Below are positions 16,973 through 24,984 of a stretch of DNA of 25,423 bases, piece after piece. The notes beneath the pieces are model-generated. The model did not search any database, was not told the origin of the DNA, and worked only from the letters and a program-made list of their open reading frames with translations. The stretch lies in IMG/VR virus record IMGVR_UViG_3300022916_000084, positions 1 through 25,423 of that record; one strand, 5' to 3'. Numbering within the stretch: the first letter of the stretch is position 1; every line of letters starts with the position of its first letter. The stretch is from a virus (taxonomy: Duplodnaviria > Caudoviricetes). The translations under genes and the position numbers were made by a program.

Positions 16973-17698
16973 TCAGATAGTGCATCTGCAGTTCACCACT
17001 TCTTCAGGTGGTCCGGTTGGATCTCCCGGCATCATCAATCCATTATCAAACGGCACTTTCATAGGTCTTTCTTGTCCATCTAGCATAGCGTGAGTATCTC
17101 GAGTTGCTCCATCCATAACTGCTACCCATATCTTAATTGGAATACCTGCTTGTTGATAACCATTTAATATTCCAGTTTGATTGGCTACTTGTATTTCAGT
17201 TCGAGCTATATTTAAAGCCCTACCTTTACTAATGCTATCGTAAGTATCTTCAATCCTATCAGCTAACTGTGTTAAATTTTCTTCTGCTTCTACACTCTGA
17301 TGAAACTGTGTCTTTAATTGCTTAAATGTAGTTTCATTGATACTGGTTGCAAATAATTCAGCTCTAGCTTCCATTGTTGATCTTATTTCTGATGAAAGGA
17401 TAAAATTGAAGTCATAATTTGCGAAATTAAGCGTTTCTACACCAGCTTCGACTAATACCTCCTCTAGGAATGGTAATAAACTTTCTTTTGCTAATTGTAT
17501 CTCGAGTTCTAAATTAAATGATTCATCAATAATATCTTTACTCTTTCCTATATCAAATGTTTCTAAAACTCTTTTTTGTTGCTCTCTGAAAAATTCTCTG
17601 ATTAATTTTATAAACTTCTTTTCTTCTTTTTCAAATCTCTTATTATAAATATCCCAGTATATTCTTCTTTTCTTTTCGTCTTGTAGTGGATGTTTCAT
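16973..17698 (-). CDS. Minor head protein, SPP1 gp7 / Mu gpF family
   Basis: RA.NIARTE, KIWVA..D..TRDTH..LDGQ, PGDP.GPPEEVVNCRC. Confidence 0.9.
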   Translation of the reverse strand: MKHPLQDEKKRRIYWDIYNKRFEKEEKKFIKLIREFFREQQKRVLETFDIGKSKDIIDESFNLELEIQLAKESLLPFLEEVLVEAGVETLNFANYDFNFILSSEIRSTMEARAELFATSINETTFKQLKTQFHQSVEAEENLTQLADRIEDTYDSISKGRALNIARTEIQVANQTGILNGYQQAGIPIKIWVAVMDGATRDTHAMLDGQERPMKVPFDNGLMMPGDPTGPPEEVVNCRCTI

Positions 17699-17699
17699 T

Positions 17700-18914
17700 T
17701 TATTCTTTTGGTAAATCTGGTTCAGATCCTAATTCAGTTAAACCGAAAGGAACTAATATAACATCGCCTTCTGACAATGGATCTAATCCTTGTAAATCTC
17801 TCATCTCGTTAATAGTCATATAATGATGAGTTCCACCACTTTCTATTTTACTATTTACAGCTTCGGTATCTTCAGGAGTTGGATCTGGACTAATCAATAT
17901 TTCATTATCTTCTGTTAAGGTATTAAACTTAGCCACTAAATTCCTTATTAAAGGATAAACTGTGTTCTTAATGAACATTCTCTCAGTTTCTTCATAATTA
18001 CCCTTCTGAACGCCATCTGTGAGCCCTAGTAAGGTCTTAGGAACTTTATAAAGAACAAATACATCATTTCTATTAATATTCTTAGTTTCTAAATAACTTA
18101 GTTCAGTTGGAGTTAATGCTAACTTTTCATATTTACTATCACCACCTAAGAATAAAGGATTACCTGATTTCTTTGCTTCAGCATATTGTTCATTATATTT
18201 TTCTTTTAATTCTTCTAGTTGTTGTTTAGTCAAAGTATCTATCTTAAATGTAAATATACCTTCAACCTTTCCACCATTCTTTAAAACTTTATTTTGATAC
18301 TCGCATAATTGCTTTTCAGTATCAATACTATAAGCTCCCGGTCTTAATGGACTTAAACCTTGTAATGCACTTAAAGGATTAGGAGTTAAACTAAATATAA
18401 TTTCTTCTGGTTTATATTCTTTCTTTGCTAAGTTTGGATCACTAGATTTAAAACCAGCTATTGCAGTATTATCATCATTCATCTGAATAGTAATATAATC
18501 TGGTTGCAATAAATGGAATGATTGAATATCTCCAGATATATTATCTTCACCTTTTCTAATAACATAAACAAAAACACTACCTGTTAAATCTTTATAAGTT
18601 TGGTAGCGTTCAAAAAATTCTTCTTTAGTTTGATATTCATTAGGCTTATTTAAAACATTAACTAGATTACTATTTTCAACTTCTTTTTTAGTTTTCTTAT
18701 TAATCACTTTAAAATCTAAAAGTTCTGATGTCTTTTCTCCTCTAACCTTTACACAAGCGTAAACATACAAAGATGAAGCATAAACTCCTAATTGGCTAGT
18801 AGCAGTATTTAATATAGATTTCCAACCAGTAGCATTACTATATAAATCTTTAAATAAAACATTCATACTTCGTTTCTTAGTGAATGCTAACTTTATTCTA
18901 TTTCCTATATTCAT
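17700..18914 (-). CDS. Portal protein, HK97 family
   Basis: VYACV, LNKPNEYQT, GLSPL, KNGG...G, YKVP..LLG, MTINEMR...GL.P. Confidence 0.93.
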   Translation of the reverse strand: MNIGNRIKLAFTKKRSMNVLFKDLYSNATGWKSILNTATSQLGVYASSLYVYACVKVRGEKTSELLDFKVINKKTKKEVENSNLVNVLNKPNEYQTKEEFFERYQTYKDLTGSVFVYVIRKGEDNISGDIQSFHLLQPDYITIQMNDDNTAIAGFKSSDPNLAKKEYKPEEIIFSLTPNPLSALQGLSPLRPGAYSIDTEKQLCEYQNKVLKNGGKVEGIFTFKIDTLTKQQLEELKEKYNEQYAEAKKSGNPLFLGGDSKYEKLALTPTELSYLETKNINRNDVFVLYKVPKTLLGLTDGVQKGNYEETERMFIKNTVYPLIRNLVAKFNTLTEDNEILISPDPTPEDTEAVNSKIESGGTHHYMTINEMRDLQGLDPLSEGDVILVPFGLTELGSEPDLPKE

Positions 18915-18928
18915 AATAATTTTTTAAT

Positions 18929-18962
18929 AAAAAAGAGGACACCAAATAATATTGGCATCCTC
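18929..18962 (-). terminator. Intrinsic terminator 14 nt upstream of the portal start
   Basis: GAGGAUGCCAA-UAUUAU-UUGGUGUCCUC (11 bp including 2 G-U) followed by U6. Confidence 0.8.
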
Positions 18963-19085
18963 GAGTTCCTCGCAGGATATAAGGTTTTTTAACTTATTGA
19001 CGGGGGAGACTTGATATACTCCCCCTCCCCTAATCAATAAGCAAACAAAATGTATGAAAAGATATCCCACACAAAACTAACCCTA
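18929..19085 (-). ncRNA. Structured 5' leader / attenuator of the morphogenesis operon (candidate cis-regulatory RNA)
   Basis: P1 19062-19070 with 18972-18980; internal hairpin 18993-19041; antiterminator 18956-18979; terminator 18935-18962. Confidence 0.55.
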
Positions 19086-19090
19086 TTCTA

Positions 19091-19119
19091 AGTTTAACAT
19101 ATATTTATAAAAAAGTAAA
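19091..19119 (-). promoter_or_regulatory. Sigma70-type promoter with extended -10
   Basis: TTTACT - 17 bp - TAAACT with TGn directly before the -10; points at the portal gene. Confidence 0.65.
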
Positions 19120-19122
19120 GCC

Positions 19123-19293
19123 CTATAATTTATCATTATTAAAACTATGGCTCTTCTCAGTTTTCTCTTTCACTGTGGAAACATTGCAGTTATTAATAGT
19201 CAGAGATACTTCGATTTTTCCAAATCGAGTATTCTTAATCATTTCTCTAATTTTATCAAACCACCATCTTTCATTTGTGTTTAAATTTGGCAT
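19123..19293 (-). CDS. 56-aa protein resembling DUF2292/YezD, not in ORF track
   Basis: MPNLNTNERWWFDKIREMIKNTRFGKIEVSLTINNCNVSTVKEKTEKSHSF...; helix-FG-beta-beta-EK pattern (family call by eye). Confidence 0.55.
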   Translation of the reverse strand: MPNLNTNERWWFDKIREMIKNTRFGKIEVSLTINNCNVSTVKEKTEKSHSFNNDKL

Positions 19294-19304
19294 TTATTTT
19301 TATT

Positions 19305-19478
19305 TTATTTTTTATAAAATTCTTTCATTTCTTTGATCAAAAAAGCATTTACTTCATCTAAAGTTTTAAAATAATTAATATTATTTACTACAAAACCATT
19401 ATTTATTTTATATACATCAAAAGGTTGTCTATGAGTTGTTACACTTTCAAATGAAATTTTAAATCTAATTCTTTTCAT
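19305..19478 (-). CDS. 57-aa hypothetical protein, not in ORF track
   Basis: MKRIRFKISFESVTTHRQPFDVYKINNGFVV...FKTLDEVNAFLIKEMKEFYKK*; A-rich leader. Confidence 0.6.
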   Translation of the reverse strand: MKRIRFKISFESVTTHRQPFDVYKINNGFVVNNINYFKTLDEVNAFLIKEMKEFYKK

Positions 19479-19495
19479 AATGTTTATTTTATTAA

Positions 19496-20749
19496 TTAAG
19501 CAAATCCTATAAATCCTTTTGGTTGATGTTTTGTAAACTCACCATATCTGATAGCGTCCATTAAATGATTAAACTTATCTACTGGTACATTTGTTGGTTC
19601 TTTCTCTCTGTTAAGAGCCCATTTATATTCTTGATTTTCATTCTTTAAATTTTCACTATCATCAGTATAAAAAACTTTTCTACTTATTAAATAATCTATA
19701 CCAGCTCTTATACTATCTGCACCTTTAACACAAGGTTTAATATTATAATATCCATATCTCTTAATTTCTTCAATAGATTTAGGTTCAGCATTATCAGCAT
19801 AAATAACTGCGTCTTTTGGTATTCCTAAAGCATCTAACTTTTTACAAATCATAGGATTAGTTAAGCCAGTTTCATATAAAAGTTCTCTAGTATATATTCT
19901 ATCATTATGATCCTTCAATCCGACAAGTGCAGTTTCATCATTTGAAAATCCAAAGTCTAGTCCATAGTATTCATCATAAGGTAATTCTTCATATTTATTT
20001 GCAGGTATAGTTTTCCATTTTTTATATATTCTACCTCTCATTCCCTCACTGACTAAACCCTTTATCATATTATAATAATGTTCTGGATTCTTTGTTTTAT
20101 AGCTCTCATATCTAGCAATAGTCTTTACATTCAAATTCTTAATGTTCTGCAAATATGTTCCGTGTATATAAATTGTATCTTTCTTTTCTGATTCTTTTAA
20201 CTCAGCTTCATAATATCCATCTATGCCTGATGGTATTAGATTAAACCATCTTTTGATTATCCAATGATTTCTGAATGGAGGATTGAGTAATAATATAACT
20301 ATGATATCTGATTTAGTAGTTCTCAATGAATCATCTAACTGCATAAAATCTTCTTCTGCTACCTCATCAGCTTCTTCTATGATTACAACATTATAACTAG
20401 CCAATGATTTCAATTTAGATTTCTGATCTCCACTAGACTTTCTGAAACCAATACCATTTATCTTATTACCATTGAACTCGAATGATAAACTGTTTTCTCT
20501 TATCTTAACTAAATCTTCTATTTTACTTTCTTCAATTCTATCTCTAATTTCTTGATATATTGAGTTTCTAATATCACCTAGAACAAATCTCATTATTGCA
20601 CATCTAAAATAATTTGATGATAATAGTTTTAATAAAGCGAATTGACTAGCAGAATAAGAACGGCCTGAAGCTCTGCCACCCATACAAATAAAATATCTAG
20701 GACTTTTCGTGAATAGGGGTTTGTATATCTTGTTTGGTATTATCTTCAT
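19496..20749 (-). CDS. terL: Terminase large subunit, PBSX/Terminase_3 type
   Basis: Walker A-like GGRASGRS, Walker B IIEEADE, LLNPP; nuclease motifs GLDFGF, ADNAEP, NHLMDAIRY. Confidence 0.95.
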   Translation of the reverse strand: MKIIPNKIYKPLFTKSPRYFICMGGRASGRSYSASQFALLKLLSSNYFRCAIMRFVLGDIRNSIYQEIRDRIEESKIEDLVKIRENSLSFEFNGNKINGIGFRKSSGDQKSKLKSLASYNVVIIEEADEVAEEDFMQLDDSLRTTKSDIIVILLLNPPFRNHWIIKRWFNLIPSGIDGYYEAELKESEKKDTIYIHGTYLQNIKNLNVKTIARYESYKTKNPEHYYNMIKGLVSEGMRGRIYKKWKTIPANKYEELPYDEYYGLDFGFSNDETALVGLKDHNDRIYTRELLYETGLTNPMICKKLDALGIPKDAVIYADNAEPKSIEEIKRYGYYNIKPCVKGADSIRAGIDYLISRKVFYTDDSENLKNENQEYKWALNREKEPTNVPVDKFNHLMDAIRYGEFTKHQPKGFIGFA

Positions 20750-21254
20750 TGTTTTCGAAGTCTTTAAATAAAACTTGTATATTATTTAATATTAATTTAC
20801 TGTCCTCTAATCCTTTAATCTCTTTTACATTTATAGGCTCTCCTAATTCAGTTTTGATTATCTCATAGGCTATTTTAATGTCTTTATTAGATGGAGGAAC
20901 TTTTATTTTATAAGTATCACCAGTTATTAAACTAACCTTTTCAAATATCCTGTCCTCTAATAAATCCATTGCTCTCTTGATAGCCCTCAACTTAGCTTTC
21001 ATTAAAATATCAGTCGAGTTCTTTATGTAGTGATTTATTAATTTCTTACGCAATTTGTTAATCCTTGTATCAAAATTGTAATAATCTCTGTAATATGTCA
21101 ACTGTGGCCTTCCTTTAAATAAACACTCTTTATCTTTTGTAGTTTGTAAAATATTACAATTATTTCTTTCATAAACCATCACCAGTTTATCAATCTCGTG
21201 TTCTTTTAGCTCTCTATATGATAAATGAGTTGTAGCATTTTTATTCTTGAACAT
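20697..21254 (-). CDS. Putative terminase small subunit
   Basis: Directly upstream of and overlapping terL; helical protein with HTH-like N-terminus; positional call. Confidence 0.55.
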   Translation of the reverse strand: MFKNKNATTHLSYRELKEHEIDKLVMVYERNNCNILQTTKDKECLFKGRPQLTYYRDYYNFDTRINKLRKKLINHYIKNSTDILMKAKLRAIKRAMDLLEDRIFEKVSLITGDTYKIKVPPSNKDIKIAYEIIKTELGEPINVKEIKGLEDSKLILNNIQVLFKDFENNEDNTKQDIQTPIHEKS

Positions 21255-21435
21255 TTTTATTATCTATTACTTCTACTTCCTCAATATCCTTTTCATTAAA
21301 CTTAAAGTCTACTATTGTATCATTATCACAGCCATTAATTATCATCTTTTGAAATGATGGTAATACATCTTCTGCTACCTTAACGAAATAAGTATTGTCT
21401 TTGTCCTTTTTAATTTCTACTATTATTTTTTTCAT
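21241..21435 (-). CDS. Hypothetical protein
   Basis: ORF track; A-rich leader; overlaps the terS start. Confidence 0.55.
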   Translation of the reverse strand: MKKIIVEIKKDKDNTYFVKVAEDVLPSFQKMIINGCDNDTIVDFKFNEKDIEEVEVIDNKNVQE

Positions 21436-21511
21436 ATTTTTTATGTTTATAACTTAAATATATCCATTGAAACCATACCTTGATCTGATTTTTAAAGTGA
21501 TGGAAACTCAT
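21410..21511 (-). CDS. Possible 33-aa peptide
   Basis: MSFHHFKNQIKVWFQWIYLSYKHKKYEKNNSRN*; ATGA overlap with upstream stop; fills the gap. Confidence 0.35.
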   Translation of the reverse strand: MSFHHFKNQIKVWFQWIYLSYKHKKYEKNNSRN

Positions 21512-21813
21512 TTATTCTCTTTAGTATCTTTAGCTACATTATCCTTAGCATTTTTTAGAGCTTCTTCATCTTTTATCTTCTTTTCTTCGGCTTCTTTCTC
21601 AGCTTTAACCTGCTCGAGCATTGCAGTACAATCTACTGGAGTAGCAATAACTTGAAAAAAAGCAGGGTTTTTCTTCAAAGGTTCTGCTCCATATTTAAAA
21701 CACATTCTGGTTTCTTCGATTAGTTTATTATAACCAGTAATAAATGCTTCTCTTCTTTCTGCTAAATCCTTTTTTTTATCTCTTTTAAATGCCTTACGTA
21801 CTTTGTCAAACAT
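21508..21813 (-). CDS. Hypothetical protein with charged C-terminus
   Basis: ORF track; A-rich leader after a hairpin. Confidence 0.6.
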   Translation of the reverse strand: MFDKVRKAFKRDKKKDLAERREAFITGYNKLIEETRMCFKYGAEPLKKNPAFFQVIATPVDCTAMLEQVKAEKEAEEKKIKDEEALKNAKDNVAKDTKENK

Positions 21814-21839
21814 AACTTTTTTGTTTTATTTATAATACT

Positions 21840-21915
21840 ACTCTCCTCTACTACACCCCATACCCTTAAAATGCTCAGGATGGCTTAAAATAGCACTGGG
21901 GGAGAGTAGGGGAGT
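21840..21915 (-). other. GC-rich intergenic stem-loop
   Basis: Minus strand ACTCCCCTACT...AGTAGAGGAGAGT outer stem; inner CCCC/GGGG and AGTGCT/AGCATT. Confidence 0.5.
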
Positions 21916-21916
21916 G

Positions 21917-22645
21917 CTACTTAACTTGATTAAATAAACTAGCTTTACTATCTAATAGCTTCTCATAAGGAATACCATCAACCTCTTTATGAACTACTGT
22001 GCCGTCTGGTCCAAAGAATCTAGTACCCCACCAGTGATGGAAGAATGCTCTTTCATTAAAGAAACTGTACTCCTCACCCATACAATCTTTATATTCATTT
22101 TTTTTCCATCTTAAAAATTCAGCTCTGCCACCTAAAGAAAGGGTTTTGAAATAAAAGTGTTGTCCTACATCAAACTTAACTCCATCAAATTCTCGAGCTT
22201 CAAAGCTCATCTTATTATCCATAAACCAATCTTTTCTAAAAAACATTACTGCAGGTCGCATAGGTTTTAAAGGGCATCCTTCGGCTCCCAATAATCTTAT
22301 ATCTTTATCTGTATAATATTCAACTAATTTTTCATCCCAATCCTGTAATAAGATATGTGCATCAATATCCATAGCTAAAATATATTCTCCTTGAGCTTCT
22401 TGTATTCCTAGATCCATTCCTTTTCCGTGTCCTAGATTCTTTTCAGGCTTTATAATTTTTATATTAGCACCTTCTTTTTCATAAAAGACATAATCTTCTT
22501 CTTTTAATTCTCCTGAATTATCTACTATAACTATTTCTATATTTGTCGGATGAGTTGATTTTAATAAAGATGTATTAATTAATAAATCAGCAAAGTCTTT
22601 ACCCCACCAATTAACTGCTACGCAAGTTATAATATGTTTATTCAT
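21917..22645 (-). CDS. Glycosyltransferase family 2 (GT-A fold)
   Basis: EIVIVDNS, NLGHGKGMDLG, GEYILAMDID (DxD motif). Confidence 0.85.
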   Translation of the reverse strand: MNKHIITCVAVNWWGKDFADLLINTSLLKSTHPTNIEIVIVDNSGELKEEDYVFYEKEGANIKIIKPEKNLGHGKGMDLGIQEAQGEYILAMDIDAHILLQDWDEKLVEYYTDKDIRLLGAEGCPLKPMRPAVMFFRKDWFMDNKMSFEAREFDGVKFDVGQHFYFKTLSLGGRAEFLRWKKNEYKDCMGEEYSFFNERAFFHHWWGTRFFGPDGTVVHKEVDGIPYEKLLDSKASLFNQVK

Positions 22646-23043
22646 AAATTTTTTATTAATTTATCAAATTTAATATGACATTTCTTACATCTAATATCAT
22701 AATCATTAACATTTCTTTTATATTTATGATCTTTATTTGACCATTCTAGTCTTGATCCTTCATCCTTATTGTTTCCACAATCAACACATACTCCATCTTT
22801 TGCTTTACCTTTCTCTCTTACTATCCATAAATGCTTAACAGAATATGTTGCTTTATCACCTTTCCAACTTGCATTTTTACTACCTTTTCTGCCTATTTTT
22901 CTTTTATGTTCCTCAGTTAATTTTCTTCCTTTATGTATTTTTGATATCTTATCTTTGACTTCTTGACTATGTTTATGTCCTTTCCTAAAAACATTACCAA
23001 TGCCTTTATGTCCTTTTTTGAATGATGTTTTATTTTTGGACAT
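22642..23043 (-). CDS. NUMOD3 + HNH-like protein
   Basis: HSQEVKDKIS and LTEEHKRKIG repeats; NASWKGD, CxxC, EWSNKDH, CxxCH. Confidence 0.7.
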   Translation of the reverse strand: MSKNKTSFKKGHKGIGNVFRKGHKHSQEVKDKISKIHKGRKLTEEHKRKIGRKGSKNASWKGDKATYSVKHLWIVREKGKAKDGVCVDCGNNKDEGSRLEWSNKDHKYKRNVNDYDIRCKKCHIKFDKLIKNL

Positions 23044-23045
23044 AT

Positions 23046-23564
23046 TTATACCTTTCTTAATTCAATTCCATATCCCCAAGAGTTACCTTCATCACCTCTA
23101 TACCATTCTTCTACAAATTCAAATAATGGTACTGGGTATTGAGAATATCGCTTAGCGAAAGCTTCGCCAAATGGATCACCTTTAATAAAATATTTAAAAC
23201 TTTCCTTTACCCAAAAACTTATATGAGTTGGATCTTGAACACTAGCTGGATGAGGAAATAAAGGAACTTCTATATCTAGTATTCCGCCCACCTTTAATAA
23301 ATCGTGGAATAGAGCCATTACTTTAACTTTATTCTCTGGTTTTAAATGCTCGAGAATATGATGAGCTCTGATTTCATCTACCTTTCCAATATGATTATCT
23401 ACAAAAAGAAATTCAATTTCATTTACTTTCTTTATAGAAAAATCACCCTCAATATCTACACAATAATCAGCCTTTACACTAGGATCTTTATCTAATGTAA
23501 TATAGTCCTCGAAGTGAGCTCTGCCACTGCCAATATCAATCTTGATGAGTTTTGTATCTTCCAT
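23046..23564 (-). CDS. Class I SAM-dependent methyltransferase
   Basis: IDIGSG motif I; VDEIRAHHILEHL; LLKVGG.L.IEVP; DPTH. Confidence 0.85.
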   Translation of the reverse strand: MEDTKLIKIDIGSGRAHFEDYITLDKDPSVKADYCVDIEGDFSIKKVNEIEFLFVDNHIGKVDEIRAHHILEHLKPENKVKVMALFHDLLKVGGILDIEVPLFPHPASVQDPTHISFWVKESFKYFIKGDPFGEAFAKRYSQYPVPLFEFVEEWYRGDEGNSWGYGIELRKV

Positions 23565-23568
23565 ATAA

Positions 23569-24027
23569 TTAAAATATTCCTCTAATTAAAAATCCTATAA
23601 TAACTAATACTGCTTGAACTAGAATTATTTTAGCAATATAGTCTAACTTAGTAATTTCAAATCTTATTAATTGTTTTGAAAGGCTAATATAATTACTTAG
23701 TGTCATTGCCTTATGATCGAATCCGAAATGAACTAATGTAAAATTTCCTATTTCTTCACCTAAAGTAGAGCCTTTATCAACTAGAATAAATAGATCAGGA
23801 TATTTCTTACGCATTATTTTACCAGCTTCAACACTAGCATCACCTCCTAAATGCCAAATTTCTTCCCATAGATCCTTTTCTTTTACCATTACTTCCTTGC
23901 CTTCTCGTATAACTTTATGCTGTCTGTCATTGAATCTAGCCTTAATAGTCTTTAGATTATCACTTATAAGCTCATCTAGTTTTTTCTTTTCGTTGTGGAG
24001 CTTCTCTAATTTCTTAAATTTATTCAT
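23569..24027 (-). CDS. Hypothetical protein with C-terminal TM anchor
   Basis: C-terminal IILVQAVLVIIGFLIRGIF. Confidence 0.6.
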   Translation of the reverse strand: MNKFKKLEKLHNEKKKLDELISDNLKTIKARFNDRQHKVIREGKEVMVKEKDLWEEIWHLGGDASVEAGKIMRKKYPDLFILVDKGSTLGEEIGNFTLVHFGFDHKAMTLSNYISLSKQLIRFEITKLDYIAKIILVQAVLVIIGFLIRGIF

Positions 24028-24035
24028 ATTTTTAT

Positions 24036-24485
24036 TTATTTAATTAAATCTTTATTATCATAAATATTTCCTATTCTATTATAAGAAAATCCTGATTCCT
24101 TTGCCCATCCAATCGCAGTTCTATCAAAATCGCCAGTACAGGCATCTACAACAAATGCACCATCTTCAAATTTTACTTCTGTAATAAATCCTTCATCATT
24201 AGTAAAATCATCATCATCATTTCCATCTTCATCATAACCACTACCTGCTTCGTGTCCTCTTAATATATCTCCTTTATAAATATTAATTCCATTTATATCA
24301 TCTTCACCAGTATATTGCCCAACTGTTTTTTTATCTATTATATGCACAGTTTTACCATCTTCATCAAAAATTTGTGGTGTTATTTTATCTCCATTTTTCA
24401 CACCAATTAAGGCTTCTACATAATAACCATAAACCCATTCACCAGTTGAAATATGTTTAGCTCTAAACTTTATTTCTTTATTCAT
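24036..24485 (-). CDS. YopX family protein
   Basis: EIKFRAK...GEWVYG, TVGQYTG..D.NG..IY.GDIL, IGNIYDN.DL. Confidence 0.9.
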   Translation of the reverse strand: MNKEIKFRAKHISTGEWVYGYYVEALIGVKNGDKITPQIFDEDGKTVHIIDKKTVGQYTGEDDINGINIYKGDILRGHEAGSGYDEDGNDDDDFTNDEGFITEVKFEDGAFVVDACTGDFDRTAIGWAKESGFSYNRIGNIYDNKDLIK

Positions 24486-24984
24486 ACACTTTTTTTGTTA
24501 ATATATTAGGTAATTTAGTTAGATTAAATTGTTTAGTTAATGGATCTCTGAGAGCATCCTTATAATTTATATCATTAAAATCATATACAAAATTAATACT
24601 TGTAGAAAAACTCTCTTTTTTATTCTTTGGAGTATATCCGTAACCAGTCTGGAAGGTACATTTATTCATTTTATTACTTATAGTCTTGCATCTTTTAACA
24701 GGTAGTCTGAAAAACTTTAAAAATTTATATAATTTTTTGTTGATATTCTTTATATCAAATATTATTTCTCTATAAGAAAACTCTACTTTAATACTTTTCA
24801 ATCCATTTTTAGCTATTTTCTGAATCTCACCATTATCTAAAAAAAATGATATATCAATATAATCTCTCTTTCTACTAAATAGATATGTAGAATAATCTTT
24901 AATATAAATCTGTTTTCCCTTAGAATTAAAAAATCTACAAATACATTTATCTAATATTATTTTCTTTTCTTTATATTTTTTCAT
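24478..24984 (-). CDS. Basic hypothetical protein
   Basis: ORF track; start overlaps upstream stop (ATGA), stop overlaps the YopX start. Confidence 0.55.
   Translation of the reverse strand: MKKYKEKKIILDKCICRFFNSKGKQIYIKDYSTYLFSRKRDYIDISFFLDNGEIQKIAKNGLKSIKVEFSYREIIFDIKNINKKLYKFLKFFRLPVKRCKTISNKMNKCTFQTGYGYTPKNKKESFSTSINFVYDFNDINYKDALRDPLTKQFNLTKLPNILTKKVYE

Noticed and set aside
14652-16975. TGA recoding (TGA stops of the capsid and gp7-like genes are followed two codons later by TAA)
   Set aside because: No long gene is interrupted by TGA or TAG, and several TGA stops form ATGA overlaps; the standard code fits
16950-16978. TTGACA with TGACA/TGTCA inverted repeat as an antisense promoter or operator
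   Set aside because: No credible -10 at 17 bp (TCAGAT); a short inverted repeat in very AT-rich DNA is likely chance
19054-19080. Plus-strand mini-ORF MKRYPTQN after the leader hairpin
   Set aside because: Only 8 codons and no evident promoter; kept only as part of the complementarity observation
8961-22966. Plus-strand ORFs in the track (8961, 9801, 11530, 13419, 14403, 16238, 21467, 22769)
   Set aside because: All are antisense shadows of well-supported minus-strand genes and show no motifs
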